Source of the DNA: Sphaerodactylus townsendi
Taxonomy: Eukaryota
DNA: 64,000 nucleotides
NCBI RefSeq assembly: GCF_021028975.2
Contig: NC_059434.1
Span: 60,884,001-60,948,000, forward strand
Reading direction: 5' to 3'
The notes beneath the pieces are model-generated. The model saw only the letters and a program-made list of their open reading frames with translations. It did not search any database and had not been told where the DNA came from. The number at the start of each line of letters is the position of its first letter. Positions within the stretch are counted from its first letter, which is position 1. Below, piece by piece: positions 26,159 through 37,784 of this stretch. The translations under genes were made by a program, and so were the position numbers.

Positions 26159-26886
26159 AATTCTGCAGCCTTCTGCTGCTTTTCAGACTCCACCCCTTTC
26201 CGGGTCATCCCATTCTTACACAGGGGTTACACAAGCACAAGTGTTGATACACCTCTCTTCTAGCAGACCTGTGTTCCGTTTCTCTTATGTGTAAGCAAAT
26301 TGGTGCTGTAAACATAGTTACTGAAAAACAAGTAAGTTGAAGTGAACATGGGGTACCCTTGCCCCCACATCCCCCAAGAGTGGGAAGAGTGAGCTCAAAA
26401 ATTTCTCCTACTTCCTGTCTCATGCACACTACTCCTACTGCCTGCTCTACTGCAGTCTCACCCACATTCATATCTATACTCTAGTACTGGAGATCCCACA
26501 TTCGGCAGCCACTCATTCTAATGGCAGTAGTTCACCAAGAAGACCAGAAATGACCATCATGCCGAATACTAAGGGTCCATGCTGAAGGGATGTGGCAGAG
26601 CGAAGCTTCTTAAGACTGATAATGGATTAAAGGGTCATCTCAAGCTAGTGCTGTTTCTGCCAGTGTGACTGAAGTCAAAGCCAAAGGGACTCAAGCCACA
26701 CTTGAGTCATACAGGAAGAAGATGGGAGATGAGTAACAAAGACATTCCCACAGAATTTTTTTTCCATTAAAAGAACATCCTTTCTTAGGTATATATGGAG
26801 GTTACTGACTGTATTTTTAAGAAGCTGTGTGTTCACATAGAGGCCTGATCTGGATAGGCTAGTCAGACTGATCTCATCAGAGTTTA

Positions 26887-27201
26887 GAAGAAGAGTTGGA
26901 TTTATATCCCCACTTTCTCTCCTATAGGAGATTCAAAGGGGCTTACAAACTCCTTATCCTTCCCCCTTCACAACAAACACTCCCCCCGTGAGGTAGGTGG
27001 GGCTGAGAGAGCTCAGAAGAACTGTGACTAGCCCAAGATCAGTGACTAGCCCAAGGTCACCCAGCTGGCGCGTGTTGGAGTTCACAGGCTAATCTGAGTT
27101 CCCCAGATAAGCCTCCACAGCTCAAGCAGCAGAGCGGGGAATCAAACCCAGTTCCTCCAGAATAGAATGCACCTGCTTTTAACCACTATGCCACTGCTGC
27201 T
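26887..27201 (-). mobile_element. tRNA-derived SINE (Squam3-like) with a small internal duplication
   Basis: Same family; GTGACTAGCCCAAG occurs twice. Confidence 0.87.
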
Positions 27202-29878
27202 CAAGTAATAATTTGAGCATTTTGGTCCACTTGCCAGCAGATGGCTCTACATGCACACGTTCAATGTATTCAAATAATGGGCATTATGCTTTATAAAGAT
27301 ATGAAAATTAATAGGATCCATCCTACTTAAATATGGCTGAAATAGGATAAAAGGTGTTGGGGGGGAGCAATTTTAGAAAAATGCCTGCAAAACTTTGCTT
27401 TATACAATGCTCTTATTTTAGAGCTTAGTTGGTGAGTGACTGTTTCTTGATTTCCTTGATTATTCTTCCCTTTCCTCCCCTTTTCTCCTTAAAAAAATTT
27501 GGAATCCCTCTTTCCACTCCCATATGTAAAGGTGCTTGTATGACTCATACTGGAAACAATAGAAGCCGGCTACATCCTGAAGCAATATTTGCTGGCAGCT
27601 TTAATAAAACACTGTTGATATTAAACAATAGCTTCCTAGTCTTGGTTGTTAGAACACCAGTGCGATTCTGAATAAGCAGAACGTTTTGAAGTCTCTTAGA
27701 AATGTAACTGTTTTGCCAATTGTTTTTATTGTTTTGTTAATAATTTTTAATGTTTTGCTCATCATTTTTAATGTTTTTCAAACAGTGGAAATGTTGCCTG
27801 TGAGATAGATAGGGCTTGTTGTAACAGGAAAGTTATGTACTAATAGAGGAGTGAAGACAGATTCAGACCAGTGATGCAGCTATCTGATGGAAATCACTGA
27901 TAAGACAAAACCCAAACACAGCTCTGTTTCCACATAACCTAACAGCCAAAGAGAGCTCATATAAGCTGTTGTACATGAGGGATCATTGTTTTCTTTATGC
28001 TTGGATAGTGCTCAGCGTACTTTTGGTTTATATAGCACAAGACCTTGTGTCCACAATTCAGGCTCTGGATTAATCCACACAATCATTCCGCACATGGTCA
28101 GCCCTACTTTTCATTAGTCCAGGTTTCAGCCTGTAGTTGGAGAGCAAGTCCCTGTTCTGTTCCACCCATGCAGTGGCAAAACTGCTCTCTGGCAAAAGGT
28201 TTTCCCAGGCTTAATGTGGGGCGGGGGGAGCGGGGAGGTGGGAGAGATGTGCTGGTGTATCTCTGTCTTTGCTGTACGTTTGGGAAGTAGCTCCACCTGA
28301 AGCAATGCAAGTCATTTCACTTCTCCAATTGCAAAGGCTCAAGTTTCACAGGCAGGATAGCCTTGACCATCTATCGCCATTTGGGATCCCTGCCCAGACA
28401 GAATAATCAATGGGGAACTAATATTTCGTTTTCCTACTGGATAAACTTAGCTTTTCAGTTGATCTTAGCTTAGTTCAGATCTTCTGAACTTCCAGGATAA
28501 ATTGCATGCCCTTCTGATGCTTGACTCATTAATTTTCTCCAAGGCCTTCAGACTCAATCCTCATGGAATCTTTCCTTCCAGAGGCTTCAACCATTTGACA
28601 AGGCCCCCGTTGCTTACAATGGTTACTAACATTCCATCAGATCCCAATACTTTTCCAGTACTGCATGGCATTTGTTTAGTTTTCTGATGCAACCAGAGAT
28701 CTTCAATTCGACAGCAGATGTATAGTTGAATGGCTCGCCTTGCCCTACCTCTTCTCTGTAACGACCTGGGTTTTTTTTAAGTGCTAATATGTTTACTGCA
28801 ATGCTCACCCCCTCCCCACCCCCAAGTTCTGCATTCTCTGTTGGTCAATCACGTTATAACTGTTTTCTTTTGGAATTCTTTTCTGCCTAGGAACCAGACT
28901 GAACACAGGCGCCTTCTGCTGGCACTCTGCTCCCCTGATGATGCTGTGTGTTTATGACTTGTCCTAAGTTAACCTTTCCACTCCTACAGGGCTTTCTGCC
29001 CAGTTCCCTTTCCCTATTTAGAATGAGAAGAGTCCCTTTTTTAAGCTTCCTGTTGTTGATCAAATGTGCAACGTTATGCTTTGGTTATGGCCCAGGAGAG
29101 ATCATTCTTACAGGAAGCCTGTGTAGGCTATGCATACACTGGGAATGGAAGAGCAGGTTTTGCTTTCACTGACTTCAGTTTGTGGTAAGAGTAGTAGCAG
29201 AGTTTGATTGACAGTTTATGGTTTTCAGGAATTCACGAGCTTTCATATGGGGGATTGGCCCAGCAGTGTACGCTCTAGTACTCTCCTTGTGAGCTAGAAA
29301 ATCAACAAACAATTGATAGGATGCAACGTTAAGGGCTTGCAATCACGCATGGCAACTAGCCTCAGTAGAAGTCATATTTTCAATTCTGCAAGGGCGAAGA
29401 TGAAACATTGCTCTCTCCCACTAGACAACTGGTGGTGTCACGAGGGCTGAGATAAAGGCAGAGAACTCTTGCATTACTCCTTGGTATAAGCTGCGATGGA
29501 GGTTTTAGCAGGCCCTTTTAAGCCACTCAGCTGCTCTGATTCACACATAAGGATAGCCACACACAGTCATGCTTCATGGAGGAATTCTGCCAAAGCCTCT
29601 CTTGGACTTCATTTCAGAGGAGGAAGGGTTTGAAGGGTTTTTTGAATACGTTTTGGCTGGGGGTGGGGAAGCAGCTGGAACTTCTAATAAGGGAGATGAG
29701 CTCGGGATTCTGGAAACGGGGTGAGTTCCTGCGAACTAGGCTATGCAGCTAGGTGGTCGTCCCTACTGTGCAGAATAGTCAGATTTCATGTTGAAATGTT
29801 CATGACTCCCAAACCGTCAGGTTTCATGGTGAAATCTCATCCCCCCGACCCTCTTCTAATTAACTTAAATAATGCAAA

Positions 29879-31286
29879 TGTAACCCCCATGCCCAGAATG
29901 GGTTGGCCCAGAATGGGTTGACCCAGTAAGGGGGTGGAGACTCAGAGCAGCAGAAAGGCTGCAAGAGCTCTTTGCAGAAGACAAGGGTACCAGACTCGGA
30001 CCTTGATTTCTATAAGCCCTTAACACCTTGTTAAGGGTTTTCTTTTGTGGTTGAAATGGGTGAGAGTTCTCCTGGAGACCTTCATCATGTTGCAACCTGT
30101 TCATCAAGCCCTTGGAGTCTTCAGGAGCCAGCCAACTTGCAAAGAAGAATTTGGAGTTGGCAATATCAGTAGACTGTAAATAGAAGGACTTGAAATGCAA
30201 CCTGAACAGGACCTTGAATTGTAACGTTAAATGTTGATGTTTTAAAAGTGTAAATTGTAAAGAAAAGTAAACCGTTTTGTTGTTTAAAAATTGTTGTTGC
30301 AACTCATTCCAAGTACTGCCTCACAGAACCCACAAGCTGAGGTTACAAATGGCACCCAACCAGCGTGGGGCTTGGAAGTGAGATTGCAAATATAAATTGC
30401 TTGCAATGGAAGTGTGCAGCAAGTTGGGGTTTGATCCCCATAAAACTGTTTTGTTATGTAAGTTCAAGAGATGTTGCTGTGTTAATTTGAAACACTGTTT
30501 GGCAGTTATATGAAGGAAGGGATTCCAGCTGCAATCCCCCATCCCTTCTGCAAACTGCTTGGCTGAATTTGCAACATTTGCTGGAAAGTTTTGCAAACTT
30601 CCAGTGCAGCTAAGTTTGGAACAGTTGGAAATCCTTGCAAGGGAAAGACAATGTTCTGCATTCAGATGCACCATTCCTCCGCATTCCTCCTAGTACAGGA
30701 TGCACCATTCCTCTGCATTCCTCCTAGTACAGGAATCTCTGGGGAAATCATTGTGCAATGATTTCAAGAGTTGCATTGTGATTACTGTCGAGACGACAGA
30801 ATTTTAGTGGGGGAGAATGTAACCCCCATGCCCAGAATGGGTTGGCCCAGAATGGGTTGACCCAGTAAGGGGGTGGAGACTCAGAGCAGCAGTAAGGCTG
30901 CAAGAGCTCTTTGCAGAATACAAGGGTACCAGACTCGGACCTTGATTTCTATAAGCCCTTAACACCTTGTTAAGGGTTTTCTTTTGTGGTTGAAATGGGT
31001 GAGAGTTCTCCTGGAGACCTTCATCATGTTGCAACCTGTTCATCAAGCCCTTGGAGTCTTCAGGAGCCAGCCAACTTGCAAAGAAGAATTTGGAGTTGGC
31101 AATATCAGTAGACTGTAAATAGAAGGACTTGAAATGCAACCTGAACAGGACCTTGAATTGTAACGTTAAATGTTGATGTTTTAAAAGTGTAAATTGTAAA
31201 GAAAAGTAAACCGTTTTGTTGTTTAAAAATTGTTGTTGCAACTCATTCCAAGTACTGCCCCACAGAGCCCACAAGCTGAGGTTACA
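29879..31286 (+). mobile_element. Non-autonomous miniature LTR retroelement (TRIM-like): 5' LTR 29879-30347, internal 30348-30817, 3' LTR 30818-31286
   Basis: Two 469-bp direct repeats (4 substitutions by eye), each TGTAACC...GGTTACA; PBS-like TGGCACCCAAC(CAGC)GTGGGGC at 30350-30371; PPT AGTGGGGGAGAA before the 3' LTR; TSD CAAA at 29875-29878 and 31287-31290. Confidence 0.92.
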
Positions 31287-31367
31287 CAAACACCATCATT
31301 GCTGTGATTAAGAAGGGTTTGGGATCTGCTAATCTATACCCTGTTTGGAAGCTGCAAAGGAGTATTG

Positions 31368-31503
31368 CAGTGGTGGGATTCAAATAATTTAACAACCGGT
31401 TCTGGTGGTGGGATTCAAATAGTTTAACAACTGGTTGTTTACAAGCACCATTTTAACAACCAGTTCTGCCGAAGTGGTGCGAACCGGCTGAATCCCAGCA
31501 CTG
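31368..31503. mobile_element. Second copy of the 136-bp hAT MITE
   Basis: Near-identical to 33865-34000; imperfect TSD AGTATTG/AGTAGTG. Confidence 0.85.
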
Positions 31504-33864
31504 AGTAGTGCCTTCCATTCTTAGTCCTTACTCTTAGTGACTAGTAAGGCTCACTTCACAAAGGAAGAAAAGAACCTTAGGAAATGCACACATTTTTTGT
31601 AGCTCAGGCTCCAAACTTGTATAATAATGGAAAAGTCTAGATTGCCTTCTACTTTGCTTGACGTCTTCTGCCTGGGAATGTCCCCCCCCCCCACTAATTT
31701 ATATGTTGCAGACATTGGTGAATAAATAACCCCGATCCCTCCGTTTCTGAGTTTGCAAATATGCTTACCAAGCAGTGAAAACATCTTCACTTCTGGCAAA
31801 CATGTTTGTGACACCTGCTTCAGCCCAAAGGGACTGACAGACTTGGCTCACCTCTGACCACCTGGGTCTGAGAGACAATCTGTAGCAGAGTTTGGAAGTC
31901 ATGGCGGCCCAGCAAAATTTATGGACTGCTGCTCTGACCTCTCTTATTTCATCTGTGGGGTACCTATTCCCCCATGCCGATATGTACCACACAGAAGGGC
32001 CAGCAGATCATAGGTCAGAGTTCAGGCAAAGGTTCAGTGCTGAAGTAATTGGACCCTAGTCAAACTGAGGTTCCTAGGAAGTTATCACCCAGCGGGCTAC
32101 ATAGGAGCTGAAATCTCATCCCCCCACCTCCATCCCAACAGCGTCTACTTTCAGGTCTCAGCACACGAAGTAAACTTTTGACTGAAATTCTATACTAACA
32201 CAGTTATAATACTGACAGTTTTAAAAATAAGTGTTTGGCATTGAAGTTCCAGTTTTCAAAGGAACAGGTAGATTGCTAGATTCCCCTGGAAAAAAAGCGT
32301 TATTTGTTTCATTACTACATTACTGACCACGTATTCAAAAAGGTTCAGAAACATTTAAGCTAAATGATTCACACTTGTTTTGGAAGTCTGAATTCTTGCA
32401 GAATCAGGGTTGACTCCATGCGTCGAGCAGGGAGGTAAAGCCTGCTCTGTAACCTGGCAATGGCCCCTTCGCACACGCAAAATAATGCATTTTCAAACCA
32501 CTTTCACAACTGTTTGCAAGTGGATTTTGCCACTCCGCACAGCTTCAAAGAGCACTGAAAGCAGTTTGAAAGTGCATTATTCTGCATGTGCGGAATGAGA
32601 GAATGAGAGCTGGTGTGGTATAATGGAAAGTGTGTTGCATGTCTCAATTTTGGTTAATAACTCATCTTCATATTGTGGTTTTGGATACTTCCTTGAGATA
32701 CCCTTCGTATAATAGTCCCTATTTCAAAAGTCACATGGACCATAGTTTAGACATGGTTTTTGAGTGACGACTGAACTGAGTCATTGACTTATCCTCAAGA
32801 GGAGCTTTCCAGAATTTCTTTCTGAGTTGTTGTCCTTTTCCCTATCCCTGTGCTGAAATGTTTTTTTCTGTTTTCGAACTAGCTTGGACATATTCTTTCC
32901 ATTTTTCTCCTGCTTTTCCCGTTGCCACGAGTCCCTGAATTTCCCTTCTCTGTCTGCTGTTCTCCCTTTCAGACACTTACATAGAGTTCCTACCAGCTTT
33001 TCAGTCAAAAGGTAGATCATGAATTTAAAATATAATATTCACAATGTTTAGGTTCCCCCCCCCTTTTTAAGTACTCATATTATGGTTTGGAGAATTTCCC
33101 CCCACTAATTTAATCATTTGTTGTTGCTGGTTTCTTCTGGGCCCCAAAGGTTCTGGACTTGATTTGGAAGTACTGATGTTTGGAGTATTCATTTTTTCCC
33201 CTAAAGAGAGTTGCTTTTTGATATTTATGGCTCTGAACTAACCTGCCCTAGATGGAGGCTAAGAAATATGGTTGTGTTGTGCTGATTAGATGTCAAGAAA
33301 ATGATGAATAGTGTCACTTTTTCATGGAACTGAAGGGCTTTCTTGTGAAAGGTGAACAGTAAAACACATTGAAATGTATGGATTGCTACTCCCAAAGTGT
33401 AACTCTTGGGCTACAACCCTTTCATCTTATTAGTACTGTGACCCATCCCAACTGAAACTCTGGGAATGACAGTTGGGCTTTCTAATAATCTGCTCTGTTT
33501 ATTTATGGAATTTATGATTTAGAAGTCTGCTGATCAATGAGCTTAAACTTTTGCTTTGTAAAATTCCCAGAGAACAGGTCAACAAAAAATAAGCCTCTGT
33601 TTCAAAATAAAAGACATCCACTCAGAATATGTACTCACTGTAAAGAAAAAACGAAGCTATATGCTTTCTGAGGTGCCATGGGCTTACTCCTGCTCACATT
33701 CAGTGTTTTCCTTCAGGATCCAAAGGTTGCCTGCCAAAGCAGCTGCCCCTGGCTCCATACACAGAGAAAGTATATAAAGGGGAAGGCCTGAAACCTTATG
33801 TTTCATGCACCAGTGAGACAAGGTTAATCACAACATATGGCTATTAAGGCAGCAGCCATATATT

Positions 33865-34000
33865 CAGTGGTGGGATTCAAATAATTTAACAACCGGTTCC
33901 GGTGGTGGGATTCAAATAATTTAACAACTGGTTGTTTACAAGCACCATTTTAACAACTGGTTCTGCCAAAGTGATGCAAACTGGCTGAATCCCACCACTG
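33865..34000. mobile_element. 136-bp hAT MITE (CAGTGGTGGGATTCA family)
   Basis: TIRs CAGTGGTGGGATTCA / TGAATCCCACCACTG; TSD CATATATT. Confidence 0.88.
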
Positions 34001-37000
34001 CATATATTGTATCTTACGAGGTACTAGAAGGCTTAGTTACCAAGTAGGTCTACGGAAGGCAATGTTTCTCAATAAGAAGTAGACAGGTCTTCCAAGCAGC
34101 TAAGATTCTTGTACTTTTGTCTGCGTAGTTATGGAGATAGCTCATCAAAAATAAAAAAATTAGGAAAACTATATATTGCCAGAATCAGAACCAGCTGAGT
34201 ACAACCATGTACTTTTGGGGCTGCAAAGGCACCCAGGATCAGAGCCTGCAGAGCAAACGTTCTGGGGCAACCTACAACAAACGGCGGCAGGGAAAATCCC
34301 TTCAGCAGCTCACAAAATGTTAGGCGCAAGCTGAGGGTGAATCTGACCAGTGAGCAAAATGGTCGGGCAGGAAAAATAAGACACCTGCTGTGCTCTGCAT
34401 TCTACACAGCCAGGCAGGAGACGCCTTGCTGGTGGTTTAGGGGGAAAAGGGGCACTTTAAAACATTCTCAAAAAAAGACACCTCGAGCAGAAATGAGGCA
34501 TTCTGAGGACGTCTTCGGGAAAAAGCTCTGTGGAGTTCTTCCCCAGAACATCTTTTTTGAGTGTTCTCAGGACATCTTATTTGTGCTGTGCAGAACAAAC
34601 CATTGATTGATAAGGTCACCATGAGTTGTAATTGACTTGATGGTACTTAACACATACACAACTTTGTTCAAGTCTCTATACTTGTGAAATTATTGCTGAA
34701 CTTGCTAAATCTACACTAATTTTGAGTATTTAAACAAAAACAAGGGGGATAAAAAAACAAATCTCAATTTTTATATTCCACTTGTAAGATGTTTTCTCAG
34801 CTGGCTCTAGATTTACAGTATATTTACTAGACAAAGATTTGGCATCCTTGCATCCCTCTAAAAAAAACGCGAGAGGTGGTGTTTCTCCCACTTGGGAAAA
34901 TTACCTTTGATGCTGGCCTTAGCAGACTTTTTTTAAGTTGGTGAAGGTAGTAAAAGGATAGAAGTCTTGTGGCAGTCACTCAGATATTCTGCTACTTCAT
35001 TAAAAAATGACCTTAATTTTTTTAAAGTACGTAGCTGATTTGTGCATAACCACATTTGACACAGAGCTCAGTAAAGACAGGAAGCAGCTAATTGTCCCTG
35101 TTGTGTCTTTTATTTACATTATACATCCATCACCAATTGGGAATAGGTCACTCTTTTGACTAGACTTTCTTTCAATGCATGCACAGTGTACCTACTTGTG
35201 GAATTGCTCAGTCTTTGGCTTAATTTTAGAATATCATTTTCCTCATCACATCCTTCTTTTGTCTATTCTCATCTGTCTGTCTTTCTTGTATACATACACA
35301 CACACCCTCAGCAGATTTGTGTATAACATCTTCTGCACATGACATCTTGAGCTTTGGCTTATGCAGCCCTGAACATGTTATCCTGTTTTCTCAGGGCAGG
35401 AGTTTTCCATACCTGTTACTGGCACAGAGCAGCCACCTGGGGTCACTTCTGATGTTTTCTGAGATGTTGCTTCATGTTCACTGCCTAGCTAAGCATTTAT
35501 TAGTCCAAAAGGAATGCAGTGTGCAAATTGTGTTGCAAGAAGCAACAGATGGGAGCCAGCCATTTCTGCATGCTTCAAATCCAGCATATTTTGTTTACTG
35601 ACTTCATTTGTGGTTTGTCTAAATAGGCTACTTGGGGGTTTCTCTATGACTGTTATCACTTTACATTTGAGGTGCCACCAGAAACTAAGCAAGTCGAATC
35701 TGCTTTTAGTCTCTCTGAACTATTCTCTCTTGACCAATTTACCAAAACGGGGGTGGGGGGGGATCTGGCTGGTTTATATCTTCCCTGAGGTGAAGCTTTG
35801 TAATTACTTCGGATTGTTGATCCTCGATTTCTCATGTACATGATAGATGGCAGGTGATGGAATTCAACCCATCCCCACTGTTATCTGAACTGGACTAGGG
35901 CCACTTCTTAAATGTAGCCTAAATTTAGGTATTGAGCACACTTAAACCAATTGCCAGGGCAAGTGAGTTTCTGTGATGATTCCTGGGGAACTAAACTTGG
36001 CCATTTTCTGCTGCATTTAACTGTCTCAAAAGCCCTTAAAAGAGCCTGAAGAAAGATATGAGAGACGTAGCTTTGGCATTTTTCTGATTGGATTATTATC
36101 AAACAGAAGGGGAAGTCCCTTATTATAACACAACGTTTAGAATGCTAAATGGCATGATTTAAGGCACATGTTTATCTTTTATATCAGTTACCCAGAAAGC
36201 TCACAAGACCCAAGTGTTGGGTTATGTTCTGTCAGTGTAACTGAACTTGACGTTATCCCAGACAGGATAGAACGGGCACATTTACAGCAGGCAGCCGAAA
36301 GGTCAAAGAACTGATAACCCAATACTACCAGGAACAGCTTACATTACAAGATTATAGCACAAGGGGAAGAGGCATGCAACTCTGCCTTAGAGAGCCCTTC
36401 ATTATGCCACTAAAATAGGTAGCGACTTCAAGTCCTGTTTGTAGAGGTAATCTGAAGCTACACTCGTCCAGTATTTATCACTTACAAATGACAAGAGATT
36501 ATCATCTGGTCGTTCCTTCAGATCCAGCTACCACCAGTTATTTCATGAAGGTGAATATTTGGTGATTGATGATCTTCAGAAATGCCTGTTTATGAATCTG
36601 GTCTTAAGACCCTCTTTCAAGCTCACTGCCCAAGAGTCATAAAAAAAAAGTCCTCTTGCTGTTTGGCATCATAAAAAAATATCTTCCCTGCCTTGATGTT
36701 AATGTGACATTGGTTTTGTTTGAAATACTTTTCAAGAGATTTATTGAATGCATACTCTTTTGCTTCTGTGTCTATAATACCAGCAATGATTTCTGCAAAA
36801 CAACCCCTGCCCCATTGTTTGTCTCTTTATTGCTTTCCAGACTAGGAAGCATAAAATAAAAATTTTAAATGGGGGAGAGAACAAAAGTATTAGTTTCCCT
36901 AACTTTCAAGATATTCAGATTAAGTATTTATTAACTTCTGTGCCATCATAATAAAACATTAGTCCTCCTGTACTTTTATCTTTGTCGCACTGTAGCATGG

Positions 37001-37089
37001 TTCACAATACAGGCTTGTACCAGTTTGAGTCAAAACAGAGTCTGAGGGTATGAAAGATAAAGTTCTAGACTACTCAGGAAATGTAAAAC

Positions 37090-37198
37090 TCCAGTCTCCA
37101 GGTCCAGTTGGTATACACCCGAGAGTTTTGGAGGAACTCAAATGCAAGATTGTTGATCTACTAACCTGTATATGTAACTTATCACTAAATTCAGCCAC
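37090..37198 (+). mobile_element. Internal CR1 ORF2 fragment
   Basis: Similar to 24500-24607 (SPGP..IHPRVL.ELK). Confidence 0.6.
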
Positions 37199-37425
37199 AG
37201 AGAAAAATTAGTTCAATTTATTGGGTAGCTCATTGACTTATATGGGGTTGTGTAAATGGTCTTGAATCAGAGTGCAGTTAAGAAAAATGAAACCTGCTGT
37301 CCACCCCAAACCTTGGGATCATTTACAACAGCCTACATGTAAAGTCTTTTCTGGGGAGCCGTCCATTTTCAGGGACCGAGATCATTTATCCCACCTCCCT
37401 AGCACCTTCTCATTTGTGATTTTTC

Positions 37426-37784
37426 TGTGGCATAGGAGGGTAAGAGCTCGTGTATCTAATCTGGAGGAATCGGATTTGATTCCCAGCTCTGCCGCCTGAG
37501 CTGTGGAGGCTTATTTGGGGAATTCAGATTAGCCTGTGCACTCCCACACATGCCTGCTGGGGGACCTTAGGCTAGTCACAGCTTCTTGGAGCTCTCTCAG
37601 CCCCACATACCTCACAGGGTGTTTGTTGTTAGGGGGGAAGGAAAAGGAGATTGGAAGCTGTTTGAGTCTCCTGCAGGAGAGAAAGGGGGGATATAAATCC
37701 AAACTCCTCCTCCTCCTCCTCCTCCTCCTCTTCTTCTTCTTCTTCTTCTTCTTCTTCTTCTTCTTCTTCTTCTTCTTCTTCTTC
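37426..37784 (+). mobile_element. tRNA-derived SINE (Squam3-like) with expanded (CTC)9(TTC)18 tail
   Basis: Same family; microsatellite at 37704-37784. Confidence 0.87.

Larger units (their letters stand above)
23438..26231 (-). mobile_element. Solo LTR related to the 29879 element, interrupted by a CR1 insertion (LTR parts ~23438-23884 and ~26159-26231)
   Basis: Colinear with the reverse complement of the 29879 LTR (e.g. TTTACAGTCTACTGATATTGCCAA shared); TGTAACC...GGTTACA ends; TSD CAAG at 23434-23437 and 26232-26235. Confidence 0.88.

Noticed and set aside
29879-31286. Assembly artefact or simple tandem duplication
   Set aside because: The copies differ at 4 sites and are bounded by TG...CA ends, PBS, PPT and a TSD, which is LTR-element architecture.
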